Notes: generated by a model from the letters alone, not told the origin. 64,000 nt of DNA from Candidatus Omnitrophota bacterium (GCA_041308845.1 JBFZAT010000011.1:9540-73539); one strand, 5' to 3'; positions 46,480 through 56,398 are shown, numbered from the stretch's first letter. A program made the numbers and translations.

Positions 46480-47121
46480 ATGCACTCAGGGGTTAAGGTC
46501 CTACTTTTTGATTTAGGCAGAGTATTGGTAGATTTTGATCATTTAAGATCAGCCGCCAGGATAGCGGCTTTTTGCGATAAAACCCCGCGTCAGATCTATG
46601 CTTTATTTTTTGAGTCTCCGGAAACCGTGGCTTTTGAGGCGGGGAAGATTACCCCAGAAGATTTTTATCTGCGGGTGAAAACAAAACTGGATTTAAAGTT
46701 AAGTTACGATTCTTTTGTGCCGATCTGGAACGATATTTTTTTTCTCAGCCCTAAAAACCGCTCAGTTTTCGGATTGCTTAATGCATTGCGTGCGCACTAT
46801 AAAATCGCGCTGCTTTCTAATATTAATATTCTGCATTATGAATATTTAAATAAAAATTTCCCGGTGTTTGGAGTTTTCGATAAAATTTTTCTTTCTTTTC
46901 AAGCGGGTTTCATCAAACCGGACCAGGCAATATATAATTTAGTAATCCGGGAGTTGGGAGTTAACCCGGAGGAGATATTTTATACTGATGATCGTCCAGA
47001 ATTAATTGCTAGCGCTAAAGTTTTGGGGTTAAACGGTTGTGTTTTTACGGATTTTGAGCGATTAATCAGCGATTTGGTAAAATTGGGTATAATTCTCCCC
47101 CGCGGGATTCCGCGGGAATAA
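46480..47121 (+). CDS. HAD-superfamily hydrolase
   Basis: VLLFDLGRVL (motif I DxG), SN motif II, FTDDRPE motif IV. Confidence 0.65.
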   Translation: MHSGVKVLLFDLGRVLVDFDHLRSAARIAAFCDKTPRQIYALFFESPETVAFEAGKITPEDFYLRVKTKLDLKLSYDSFVPIWNDIFFLSPKNRSVFGLLNALRAHYKIALLSNINILHYEYLNKNFPVFGVFDKIFLSFQAGFIKPDQAIYNLVIRELGVNPEEIFYTDDRPELIASAKVLGLNGCVFTDFERLISDLVKLGIILPRGIPRE

Positions 47122-47365
47122 AATCTCACGAAATTAATTTCGGATTTCTGGAGTTGGCCCCAATAAAAATTGTTTTTCTCGACGATAAAATCAAAGTTTT
47201 ACTCCTTTTAGCTAACCAAAAAATACTTGACAATGCCAAGATATTGTGGTAAAAAAATAACATAGCTACTACATTTTGCGTTGATTAACGGAGGCTTATA
47301 ACTAAGTTGGAAAAAATTGGATAAACCTTAAGGGCTCAGGCAAGATAATTCAAAGCGGGCCCTTA

Positions 47366-47440
47366 TTTTTTTGCCGCACTAGCGGCACACCGGCGTAATT
47401 CCAATAAACGCCGGGTGTAAACCGCACCAGCGGCAGAGAA
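47366..47440 (+). promoter_or_regulatory. Structured 5' leader: direct repeat CCGCAC(T/C)AGCGGCA flanking a CCGGCG...CGCCGG hairpin, upstream of the ATP-grasp/KamA operon
   Basis: Repeat copies at 47374-47387 and 47422-47435; hairpin 47390-47414; preceded by a terminator-like AAGGGC...GCCCTT-T7 and a TTGACA-N17-TAAAAA promoter near 47228-47256. Confidence 0.35.
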
Positions 47441-47477
47441 TAAAAGTGGTTAACTTTAAAATATAGGCAGATAAACA

Positions 47478-48467
47478 ATGAAAATAGTCGGGTTGACCTA
47501 TGATTTAAAAAGCGATTACAAGTTTAAAGAAGGAGATCCTCTAGATGCCAACGCAGAATTCGATTCTTTGTCTACAGTGGATGTGATCGCGGAGGCTATT
47601 TCGGCCAACGGCTTTAAGGTTAAAAAAATCGGTAATGCCGCTAATCTGTTGGAAAAAATCGATCATTTAGGGGTAGATATTGTATTTAATATATCTGAAG
47701 GTTTAAGCGGGAGAAACCGGGAATCTCAGGTTCCGATTTTGTTGGAAATGGCGAGTATTCCTTTTGTCGGCGCAGATGCATTGACTTTAGGATTAACCTT
47801 GGATAAAGTCATGGCTAAAAAAATTTTTATTGCCGAAAAAATCCCTACGCCTAAATTTTTCGAAGTTGGATCTGTAGAAAGCTTGATTGATCAGGATCAC
47901 TGTCAGTTTCCGTTGATTGTTAAACCGCGCTTTGAAGGTTCCTCTAAGGGGTTAACGGAAAATTCACGCGTGGAGAATACCGATGAGCTTAAGAGGCAGG
48001 TTGAATTTATCGTTAAAACCTATAAGCAGCCGGCTCTGGTCGAAGAATTTATTTCTGGCCAGGAGTTTACTGTAGCGATTGTGGGCAATGAAAATCCCGA
48101 GGTGATGCCGGTAGTGCAGATTAAGATCGACGGGAAATTGAAATTAAACGATAAATTCTACACCTTTGCGCGGATCACTTCTGATCGTTTGGAATATATC
48201 TGCCCGGCTAAAATTTCCAGCGAGCTCAAGAAAAGACTAGATGAAATAGCTTTAAAGGTTTACCGAGCGGTAGAGTGTCGGGATTTCGGCCGAGTGGACT
48301 TCCGGGTGGATAATAACGGGAATCCTTATGTTTTAGAGATCAATCCATTGCCATCTTTATCGACCGAAGATGTTTTTATGCTGGTGGCTAAAAATATCGG
48401 CATTACCTATGAGCAGATGGTAGGCAAGATCTTAACCAGCGCGATGCTTAGAAACGGATTAAATTAA
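47478..48467 (+). CDS. D-Ala-D-Ala-ligase-family ATP-grasp enzyme, paralog 1
   Basis: Ddl-like N-domain (IVGLTYDLKSD...VFNISEG), ATP-grasp core (FPLIVKPRFEGSSKG...LVEEFI.GQEFTV..VG...EINPLPSL). Confidence 0.7.
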   Translation: MKIVGLTYDLKSDYKFKEGDPLDANAEFDSLSTVDVIAEAISANGFKVKKIGNAANLLEKIDHLGVDIVFNISEGLSGRNRESQVPILLEMASIPFVGADALTLGLTLDKVMAKKIFIAEKIPTPKFFEVGSVESLIDQDHCQFPLIVKPRFEGSSKGLTENSRVENTDELKRQVEFIVKTYKQPALVEEFISGQEFTVAIVGNENPEVMPVVQIKIDGKLKLNDKFYTFARITSDRLEYICPAKISSELKKRLDEIALKVYRAVECRDFGRVDFRVDNNGNPYVLEINPLPSLSTEDVFMLVAKNIGITYEQMVGKILTSAMLRNGLN

Positions 48468-49472
48468 ATGCGTGTAGCCTTGACTTATAATTTGAAAAAG
48501 AAGGATCCTCTGAAACCGGCGGATTATTTTTCTGAATGTGATTCTGAAGAAACGATTAATTCTGTAGTCTCCGCGCTTAAAACTAAAGGGCATTCGGTTG
48601 AAGCGATTGACGTGGAATATCCGGCTTTGTTTTCCTATTTCAAGAATAATCGCGTGGATATGGTATTTAATATTGCTGAAGGTAAACACGGGCGTTTCCG
48701 CGAAAGCGAAGTTCCGGCAGTTCTAGATTATTTAAATATTCCCTACACCGGCTCCAGTACATTTTCTTTAGCCTTGGCTTTAAACAAAGCCTTGACTAAA
48801 AAAATCCTAAAAGCAGAGAGTATCCCCACCCCCAATTTTCAGCTTTTTGTCAAAGGAGATGAAGCCTTAGATGCGGACCTGAAGTTTCCTTTGATTGTTA
48901 AGCCTAACTGTGAAGGTTCAGCTAAGGGCATTAATAAAACAAATGTCGTGTATAATTCCAGTGATCTCCGGGTCAAGGTCAAGGAGTGTTTGTATGTTTA
49001 TCGCCAAGAGGCTTTGGTAGAAGAGTTTATTGAGGGTAAAGAATTGACTGTGGGCATTTTAGAAAACGGTAAAACCCGAGTGCTGCCGATTTTAGAGATT
49101 GATTTTTCTAGTTGCCAGAAAAGCGGTGAATATTTTTATTCTTGGAAAATGAAAGAGTTTCAGGGGAATCGCGAGTTAGGATTGGTGCCGGAATTCCACT
49201 GTCCGGCCCGGCTGGATAAAGATATCGAACAGAAAGTTAAAGACACTGCGCTACGTACGCATCGGGCAGTCGGCTGTCTAGATATTTCGCGCACGGATAT
49301 CCGTTTGGATAAATTTAATGTGCCCTATGTGCTTGAAATTAATCCTTTACCGGGGCTAGATCCCAAAGAATCGAATTTTCCTATTATGGCCTATGCTGCC
49401 GGGATGACTTATGAAGATCTTATTGAGGCAATACTGCTAAGCGCCTCGGAAAGGAAAAAGGGCTTAAATTGA
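48468..49472 (+). CDS. D-Ala-D-Ala-ligase-family ATP-grasp enzyme, paralog 2
   Basis: VALTYNLKKKD...VFNIAEG...FPLIVKPNCEGSAKG...LVEEFIEGKELTVG...EINPLPGL. Confidence 0.7.
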   Translation: MRVALTYNLKKKDPLKPADYFSECDSEETINSVVSALKTKGHSVEAIDVEYPALFSYFKNNRVDMVFNIAEGKHGRFRESEVPAVLDYLNIPYTGSSTFSLALALNKALTKKILKAESIPTPNFQLFVKGDEALDADLKFPLIVKPNCEGSAKGINKTNVVYNSSDLRVKVKECLYVYRQEALVEEFIEGKELTVGILENGKTRVLPILEIDFSSCQKSGEYFYSWKMKEFQGNRELGLVPEFHCPARLDKDIEQKVKDTALRTHRAVGCLDISRTDIRLDKFNVPYVLEINPLPGLDPKESNFPIMAYAAGMTYEDLIEAILLSASERKKGLN

Positions 49473-50656
49473 ATAATCCCGCAAGTGTAGAAAATCAAAA
49501 AACTCAGATCGAAACTCCTGTTCTTTACCGGCCCGCCAAACGCGCGCGCGATTATCAGCAGCTTTCTCTTTATAAGGATGTTAACCCTTTAGATTGGGAG
49601 GATTGGCATTGGCAGCTTAAACATAGAATCCGCACCAAGGAAGAGTTAATGCAGATTATTAAACTTACTCCGGAAGAGGAGAAAGGCATTGATAAAGCTA
49701 AAGGTAGGCTGGCCATGGCAATTACTCCTTATTGGGCCAGTCAAATTGATGCTGAAGACCCGAATTGTCCGATCCGCCGGCAATCCGTTCCGGTGAATGA
49801 TGAGTTTTCAATTTCTCCGCATGAGATGGCTGATCCTTGCGCCGAAGACCGAGATTCTCCCGCTCCGCATTTAGTGCATCGTTATCCGGACCGGGTCCTG
49901 TTATTATCTACTGAGCATTGCGCAATGTACTGCCGGCATTGTACTCGTCGGCGCTTAGTTGGCGATCATGAAGAGAAAGATCTTAATCCGGAAACTAAAT
50001 TTGACGCAGCGATTGAATATATTAAAGCTAACCGCAAGATTCGGGATGTTTTAATTTCTGGTGGTGATCCGTTGACTTTGGAGGATGCGGCGCTGGAGTC
50101 TTTAATTTCTAAAATCCGCGCTATATCGCATGTAGAATTGCTGAGGATCGGTACGCGCATCCCCGTAACTTTGCCGCAACGCATCACCGAAAATTTAGTG
50201 CAAATGCTTAAAAAATATTCTCCGATCTGGATGAGTATCCATTTCAATCATCCTAAAGAAATTACCAAGCGTTGTCAGAACGCTTGTGATTTACTGGCAG
50301 AAAGCGGCATACCTTTAGGCAGCCAATCCGTGTTGCTCAAAGGGATTAATGACCGGCCTTTTATTATGAAACGTTTGGTACATGACCTGCTGCAGATTAG
50401 GGTCAGGCCATATTACATTTACCAGTGTGATCCGGTTAGGGGCACGCAACATTTTCGTACCCCGGTAGCTACTGGGATAAATATTATCGAAAAATTACGC
50501 GGTCATACCTCCGGTTATGCTGTCCCGACTTATGTGATTGACGGCCCCGGCGGCGGCGGCAAAATCCCTGTGGGGCCGAATTATATTCTTTCTCAGGCCA
50601 AGGGTAAATATGTTTTGCGTAATTATAAAGGCAAGATCTATACCTACCTGGAATAA
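49469..50656 (+). CDS. kamA: KamA-family radical SAM aminomutase (lysine 2,3-aminomutase-like)
   Basis: CAMYCRHCTRRR (CxxxCxxC KamA signature), GGDPL, C-terminal DGPGGGGKIP. Confidence 0.8.
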   Translation: MNNPASVENQKTQIETPVLYRPAKRARDYQQLSLYKDVNPLDWEDWHWQLKHRIRTKEELMQIIKLTPEEEKGIDKAKGRLAMAITPYWASQIDAEDPNCPIRRQSVPVNDEFSISPHEMADPCAEDRDSPAPHLVHRYPDRVLLLSTEHCAMYCRHCTRRRLVGDHEEKDLNPETKFDAAIEYIKANRKIRDVLISGGDPLTLEDAALESLISKIRAISHVELLRIGTRIPVTLPQRITENLVQMLKKYSPIWMSIHFNHPKEITKRCQNACDLLAESGIPLGSQSVLLKGINDRPFIMKRLVHDLLQIRVRPYYIYQCDPVRGTQHFRTPVATGINIIEKLRGHTSGYAVPTYVIDGPGGGGKIPVGPNYILSQAKGKYVLRNYKGKIYTYLE

Positions 50657-50717
50657 TTTTAATTAATCATCGAGACGGAGATAACGCAGGAGAGTTAATT
50701 TCTAACTTAATGTATTT

Positions 50718-51419
50718 ATGAAAATAAGCGCATTTGGTTTTGGCCAGATTCTTTTAGGCAAGCAGAATATTAAGGAATCCAGGTTAGACCAAGCCGATAA
50801 ATTAGTCAAGGCCAAGAAGAAAACTTATCCACAAGTGGAATTAGTCGGTCCGCAGGAGGCTTTGGAAGCTGAGATTATTCTGGTGAGCGAAGATGCCCAA
50901 ATGGATCTGATACTGAAGGACCTGGATTTTGTGGAGACGCGTTTGGCTAAAGCTCCGGCGGAGAATGAAAAAACAGTTTTAAATAAGATTAAAACTGCCC
51001 TGGAGAAAGAAGAGTTTATTTCCGGGTTGGGATTAAGCGCTGCGGAAAAAGAGATTATTTCTGGATATGGGTTATTTACTCAAAAGCTAATAGTGGCGGT
51101 TAAACCGGAAGAATTAGAAGATTTAGGCAGCCTGTTGGCCAGAGTTTTAGCTCAAAGCGGATTTATTTGTTTTTTAACCGTAGGAGACAAAGAGAATCGT
51201 GCCTGGTTAATTAAAAAAGGCACTACCGCCTGGGAAGCTGCCGGAGTTATTCATTCCGATATCCAGCAGGGATTTATCCGTGCTGAAATTATAAGTTTCG
51301 CTGATTTTATTGCCTGCGCAGGAGAAACTCAGGCTAAACAGGCAGGCAAGATGCGCCTGGAACAAAAAGATTATATTATGCAGGATGCGGATCTGGCTAA
51401 TTTTCGGTTCAACAAATAG
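50718..51419 (+). CDS. Standalone YchF C-terminal (TGS/DUF933-like) domain protein lacking the G domain
   Basis: C-terminal ...AWLIKKGTTAWEAAGVIHSDIQQGFIRAEII... matches the YchF TGS block; the N-terminal 150 aa have no Walker A/G motifs. Confidence 0.5.
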   Translation: MKISAFGFGQILLGKQNIKESRLDQADKLVKAKKKTYPQVELVGPQEALEAEIILVSEDAQMDLILKDLDFVETRLAKAPAENEKTVLNKIKTALEKEEFISGLGLSAAEKEIISGYGLFTQKLIVAVKPEELEDLGSLLARVLAQSGFICFLTVGDKENRAWLIKKGTTAWEAAGVIHSDIQQGFIRAEIISFADFIACAGETQAKQAGKMRLEQKDYIMQDADLANFRFNK

Positions 51420-51442
51420 CGTTAGATTAATAGCGATAAACC

Positions 51443-52999
51443 ATGGTTAAAATAAAACGGGCATTAATTAGTTTGTCAGATAAAGAGGGGATTGTCGGGT
51501 TTGCCCAGGAATTGATGAGTTTCGGCATAGAGATTATTTCTACCGGGGGGACAGCTAAACTTTTGCGTGAAAATAATATTGCTGTTACGGAAGTAGCTGA
51601 TTATACGGGTTTTCCGGAGATACTCGATGGGAGAGTAAAAACTTTGCATCCTAAGATTCACGCCGGGCTGCTGGCTTTACGCAATAATGTTGAGCATTTG
51701 CATAAATTAAGCGATTACGGTATTGGTTTAATCGATATGTTAGTGGTGAATTTGTATCCTTTCCAGCAGGTGATTAGTAAGCCCCGAGTGGATTTCAAGG
51801 AAGCGATTGAAAATGTTGATATCGGCGGTCCGGCGATGCTACGTTCGGGGGCTAAAAACTATCAGTCGGTGGCGGTGGTTTGTAACCCCCAGCGTTACCC
51901 GCAGGTAATTGCTCAATTAAAAGCAAATAACGGTTGCCTGCCGGAAGAGTTAATGCAGCAATTAGGGGCAGAGGTTTATGGTTATACCAGTGCGTATGAT
52001 GCGACAATTTATAATTATTTAAATGATCATTTCCAGGCTAATCGGGCCAATAAAAAATTTCCGGAAAAATTGCTTTTAGCCTTTGAAAAAATTCAGGATC
52101 TACGCTATGGGGAAAATCCCCATCAACAGGCGGCTTTCTATAAAGAAAGTGGGCATTCTGCCGGCCTGATTAATTTCAATCAACTGCAAGGCAAAGAACT
52201 TTCTTTTAACAATATTTTAGATCTTAATTCCGCGGTGGAGCTAGTCAAGGAATTTAAACATCCGGCGGCAGTAATTATTAAGCATAATAACCCTTGCGGG
52301 GTGGCGGAAGATAAAAGTTTAGCCCAAGCCTTTCGGCGGGCCTGGGAAACAGATAAACTTTCAGCTTTTGGCGGGATTGTTGCTTTGAACAGGAAAATAG
52401 ATTTGCCGGTTGCTAAGTTGATAAAAAAAAGCGGGTTTTTAGAATGTATTATTGCCCCGGGATTTGCCCGGCCGGCCAGAGAGTTGTTTAAAGAAAAGAA
52501 GAATTTACGACTTTTGGAATTGCCGGATTGGCGGATAGTTAATGATTTACAAATCAAGCCGGTTAGCGGGGGTATACTTTTAGAAACTAATGATGCGCTT
52601 ACCCTGCAGATCAAAAATCTTAAAGTGGTTACTAAGAAAAAGCCCAGCCCGGCGCAGATGCAAAGTTTAATTTTTGCCTGGAAAGTAGCAAAGCATGTAA
52701 AATCTAATGCTATTGTTTTAGCTGTGGGGACTAAAACCACCGGTATCGGGGCTGGGCAGATGTCCCGCGTAGACTCAGTGATAATTGCCGCACATAAATC
52801 TGCTAAAACCAATCAAGGCTGCTGTTTGGCTTCGGATGCCTTCTTCCCTAAGGCGGATGCTATATCTTGGGCGCATAAGGCGGGGGCTAAAGCCATCATT
52901 CAACCAGGCGGATCGATTGCCGATCAAGAGATTATTGCCGCCTGTGATAAATATAAAATTGCTATGGTAATTACAGGTATTCGGCATTTTAAGCATTAA
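51443..52999 (+). CDS. purH: Bifunctional AICAR transformylase/IMP cyclohydrolase
   Basis: MGS-like N-domain (ALISLSDKEGIVGFAQEL...IISTGGTAK), 518 aa, conserved PurH C-terminus. Confidence 0.9.
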   Translation: MVKIKRALISLSDKEGIVGFAQELMSFGIEIISTGGTAKLLRENNIAVTEVADYTGFPEILDGRVKTLHPKIHAGLLALRNNVEHLHKLSDYGIGLIDMLVVNLYPFQQVISKPRVDFKEAIENVDIGGPAMLRSGAKNYQSVAVVCNPQRYPQVIAQLKANNGCLPEELMQQLGAEVYGYTSAYDATIYNYLNDHFQANRANKKFPEKLLLAFEKIQDLRYGENPHQQAAFYKESGHSAGLINFNQLQGKELSFNNILDLNSAVELVKEFKHPAAVIIKHNNPCGVAEDKSLAQAFRRAWETDKLSAFGGIVALNRKIDLPVAKLIKKSGFLECIIAPGFARPARELFKEKKNLRLLELPDWRIVNDLQIKPVSGGILLETNDALTLQIKNLKVVTKKKPSPAQMQSLIFAWKVAKHVKSNAIVLAVGTKTTGIGAGQMSRVDSVIIAAHKSAKTNQGCCLASDAFFPKADAISWAHKAGAKAIIQPGGSIADQEIIAACDKYKIAMVITGIRHFKH

Positions 53000-53002
53000 T
53001 GT

Positions 53003-54337
53003 ATGACCTATCCGGCCATTAAGCAATATCTAAACTCTCTGGCCAATTATGAAAAAAACACCAGTTATTCTTACCAAAAAGCGCTGAAACTACAGCGGCT
53101 ACGGAATTTTCTAAAAATTCTCGGTGATCCTCAAAAAAGCTTACGCATAATCCACGTTGCCGGCTCAAAAGGCAAGGGTTCAACTTGTGCCATGGTGGCT
53201 TATATACTAAGAGAAGCTGGTTTTAGAGTCGGCCTCTATACTTCTCCGCACCTTAAAGATTTTAGGGAAAGAGTGCGCATTCTTTGCCCCTATTCGGGCG
53301 CCTCTGCTAAAAAATATGCAGATTTTGAAGGCATGATTTCCCGGGGCGTTTTGACAGACTTAGTGCAAGAGCTTAAACTGCGGATAAATAAGTACAACTG
53401 CAACTTAAGGCAAGGGCAACTTTCTTTTTTTGAGGTTTACACGGCGTTGGCTTTTTTATATTTCAAGCGCTCCCAGGTGGATTTTGTCGTTCTAGAGACT
53501 GGGATGGGCGGCAGGTTAGATGCGACTAATACTGCTGATGCGTTGGTTTGCGGGATCAGCTCTTTAAGTTTTGAACATGTTCAAAAATTAGGGAAAACTT
53601 TATCTAAAATCGCAGCGGAAAAAGCAGGAATAATCAAGAAAAAAGGCGCGATTGTTATTTCGGCTCCGCAGGCGCTAAAGGCACAAAAAATTATCCGGAA
53701 GCGATGTAAAATTTTTCAAGCCCGGCTTTATGAAGTAGGCAAGCAGATACAATATTCTGGTTCCCAGAAAAAATTAGAGATAAAAGGCATTAAAAATAAT
53801 TACCAGAATTTGCAGCTTAATCTTTTTGGCCAGCATCAGCTGATTAATGCGGCTGTAGCCGTCGGCTTGGTGGAAGGCTTAAGTTTTTATGGAGTAGATA
53901 TTGCGCCCCGGGCAATCCGCGCTGGGTTAGGCAATACCATTTGGCCGGGCAGATGTGAATTAATACAAAGTAGCCCGCTGACTATTTTAGACGGGGCGCA
54001 AAATTTAGCCTCGGCACAGGCTTTGAAAAAAACCATTCAGGATAATTTTAAATACCGGGAACTTATTTTAGTTTTAGGGATCTCTTCTGATAAAGACATC
54101 CAGGGAATTTGCAAAACCTTGAATCCTTTGGCTGATAAAATTATTCTTACCCGGGCTTCTACCGCCCGGGCCGCCGATCCGGCCGAATTAGCCGGATATT
54201 GCAATAAGAAACTGTATTTGACGCAAAGTGTAAAAGAAGCTAAACTTTTAGCCAGGAGTCTGGCGGATAGACGGGATTTAATTTTAGTGACCGGTTCACT
54301 ATTTGTGGTGGGAGAATTTAGAGATGCTGCAAAATGA
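53003..54337 (+). CDS. folC: Folylpolyglutamate synthase/dihydrofolate synthase
   Basis: HVAGSKGKGST P-loop, Mur-ligase fold, 444 aa. Confidence 0.85.
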   Translation: MTYPAIKQYLNSLANYEKNTSYSYQKALKLQRLRNFLKILGDPQKSLRIIHVAGSKGKGSTCAMVAYILREAGFRVGLYTSPHLKDFRERVRILCPYSGASAKKYADFEGMISRGVLTDLVQELKLRINKYNCNLRQGQLSFFEVYTALAFLYFKRSQVDFVVLETGMGGRLDATNTADALVCGISSLSFEHVQKLGKTLSKIAAEKAGIIKKKGAIVISAPQALKAQKIIRKRCKIFQARLYEVGKQIQYSGSQKKLEIKGIKNNYQNLQLNLFGQHQLINAAVAVGLVEGLSFYGVDIAPRAIRAGLGNTIWPGRCELIQSSPLTILDGAQNLASAQALKKTIQDNFKYRELILVLGISSDKDIQGICKTLNPLADKIILTRASTARAADPAELAGYCNKKLYLTQSVKEAKLLARSLADRRDLILVTGSLFVVGEFRDAAK

Positions 54338-55703
54338 TTTGCAAGATACCATTGCTGCGATTTCAACTGCCCCCGGAGAGGGAGGCATCGGGATTGTCCG
54401 CCTAAGCGGTAAAAAATCATTAGCGATTGCTAGTAAGATCTTTATTGCTAGGGATAAAAAAAAGCCGCAGAATTTTAGAAACTATTCGTTGCATTACGGA
54501 AAGATTGTTGACCAGTCAAGAGTGATTGATGAAGTTCTTTTATCAGTAATGCGGGCTCCGAAATCATATACCCGCCAGGATGTTGTAGAGATAAATTGCC
54601 ACGGAGGGATGTTGGCTTTAGGCCAGATTTTAGATCTAACTTTAAGATCCGGTTGCCGTTTGGCTACCCCGGGTGAGTTTACCAAGCGAGCTTTTCTTAA
54701 TGGCAGATTAGATTTAGCCCAGTGTGAAGCGGTAATTGATATCATCCGCGCTAAAACCGATACGGAATTGAAAATAAGCCTGGGCCAATTAAACGGCCGG
54801 CTATCTTTGGAGATTAATAGAATCCGTCAACAGCTCTTAAATGTTTTAGTAAGCCTGGAGGCACACATTGATTTCCCCGAAGAAGATTTGGCGCCTGATC
54901 TTGCCAGGATTTCTCCGGCTCTGACAGTAGCCGAGCAGCAGTTAAACACATTATTAAGCAATGCTTTAGGCGGAAGGATTTTACGCGATGGCTTGCGTGT
55001 AGTAATTTGCGGTAAGCCTAACGTGGGAAAATCATCGCTTTTGAATGCTTTAGTTAAAAAAGAGCGTTCAATCGTTACTGCGGTTGCCGGCACTACTCGG
55101 GATACCATTGAAGAGTTTATAGAGATTAAGGGAATTCCGGTTAGAATCGTGGATACTGCCGGCATTCTTAAACCGCGTAATTTGATTGAACAGAAAGCAG
55201 TGCAATTAGCTCGTCGTCAAATTAAGCTAGCGGATCTGACGGTTATTTTATTTGACGCTCAGTATAAACTAAATCAGCAGGACCGGGAATTGATGCAGGA
55301 AGTCAAGGGTAGAAACGCGATCGCCGTGATTAATAAAATAGATTTAAAAGAGCGGATTGAAAAAAATGAAATTGCCCGGGTTTTTCCTAAGCTCATCCGG
55401 CTGGCAGCTAAATCCGGGAAAAACTTGAATTTATTGGAAAATGCTATTTATGAATTTGTTTATCAGGGGAAGTTAGCTAACCCGGAATCTATCCTGGTCA
55501 GCAATTTAAGGCATATCCAAGCTTTAAGGGAGGCCCGGAAACTAGTTAACCAGGCTCAGGAGATTCTAACTGATCAATTACCGGTAGAACTCATTGCTCA
55601 GAATTTAAAAGATGCTTGCGTATATCTGGATCAGATTTTAGGTAAGGATTTTTCCGCCGATCTTCTGGATAGAATTTTTAAAGATTTCTGTATTGGGAAG
55701 TAG
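54324..55703 (+). CDS. mnmE: tRNA modification GTPase MnmE
   Basis: DTIAAISTAPGEGGIGIVRLSG, G-domain GKPNVGKSSLLN...DTAG, C-terminal CIGK. Confidence 0.9.
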   Translation: MLQNDLQDTIAAISTAPGEGGIGIVRLSGKKSLAIASKIFIARDKKKPQNFRNYSLHYGKIVDQSRVIDEVLLSVMRAPKSYTRQDVVEINCHGGMLALGQILDLTLRSGCRLATPGEFTKRAFLNGRLDLAQCEAVIDIIRAKTDTELKISLGQLNGRLSLEINRIRQQLLNVLVSLEAHIDFPEEDLAPDLARISPALTVAEQQLNTLLSNALGGRILRDGLRVVICGKPNVGKSSLLNALVKKERSIVTAVAGTTRDTIEEFIEIKGIPVRIVDTAGILKPRNLIEQKAVQLARRQIKLADLTVILFDAQYKLNQQDRELMQEVKGRNAIAVINKIDLKERIEKNEIARVFPKLIRLAAKSGKNLNLLENAIYEFVYQGKLANPESILVSNLRHIQALREARKLVNQAQEILTDQLPVELIAQNLKDACVYLDQILGKDFSADLLDRIFKDFCIGK

Positions 55704-55805
55704 ATAAAAAATGTTCAAGCTAAGCGTTTATTAAAAAACGCCTTGCAGAAATCAGGTTTTCATTAGATAATACCCTATACAATTTAGCGTTAATCGAGAA
55801 TCTAG

Positions 55806-56363
55806 ATGAATAAAGTTAAAATTGAAAAAGCAGTACGTCAAATTTTAGAGGCTATCGGCGAGGACCCCCGGAGAAAGGACCTTTTGGAGACGCCGCGCCG
55901 CTATGCTCAGATGTGTGAGGAGATATTTTCGGGGATTAAACAAGACCCGCAAAAAGAGCTCGAGGTTATTTTAGATCAAAAACACCATGAAATTATTCTG
56001 TTGCGCGGGATACCGATATATTCTGTTTGCGAGCATCACCTCTTGCCTTTTTTGGGTAAAGTTAGCATTGCCTATATCCCTAAAAACGGCAGGGTCACCG
56101 GGTTAAGCAAGTTGGCCCGAGTGGTGGATATCCTTGCCCGCCGGCCGCAGGTCCAAGAAAGGTTGACTACTCAAATTGCCGAAATCGTGATGGGCAAATT
56201 AAGACCTTTGGGAGTAATGGTTGTGATCGAAGCAGAGCATTTGTGTATGTCGATGCGGGGAGTAAGAAAACCTGGAACGATGACAGTGACTAGCGCGGTG
56301 CGCGGGATCTTTAAAGAAAACGAAAAAACCCGCTCGGAGGCTTTAGCCTTAATCCGGCAATAA
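55806..56363 (+). CDS. folE: GTP cyclohydrolase I
   Basis: [10 protein letters not shown]...AYIP...RPQVQERLT, 185 aa. Confidence 0.9.
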   Translation: MNKVKIEKAVRQILEAIGEDPRRKDLLETPRRYAQMCEEIFSGIKQDPQKELEVILDQKHHEIILLRGIPIYSVCEHHLLPFLGKVSIAYIPKNGRVTGLSKLARVVDILARRPQVQERLTTQIAEIVMGKLRPLGVMVVIEAEHLCMSMRGVRKPGTMTVTSAVRGIFKENEKTRSEALALIRQ

Positions 56364-56398
56364 ACGGCTAAGACGAAAAAAGGGAAAGGAAAAGAATT

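Noticed and set aside
50545-50570. GGCGGCGGCGGC simple repeat
   Set aside because: Encodes the conserved GGGG(K) motif of the KamA-family C-terminus; it is a coding constraint, not a microsatellite.
52180-52812. 210-aa minus-strand ORF
   Set aside because: Lies entirely antisense within purH, whose motifs are strong. It has Ser/Leu/Cys-rich low-complexity composition typical of antisense reading. It is a spurious shadow ORF.
54037-54420. 127-aa minus-strand ORF
   Set aside because: Antisense within the folC 3' end and mnmE 5' end; spurious.
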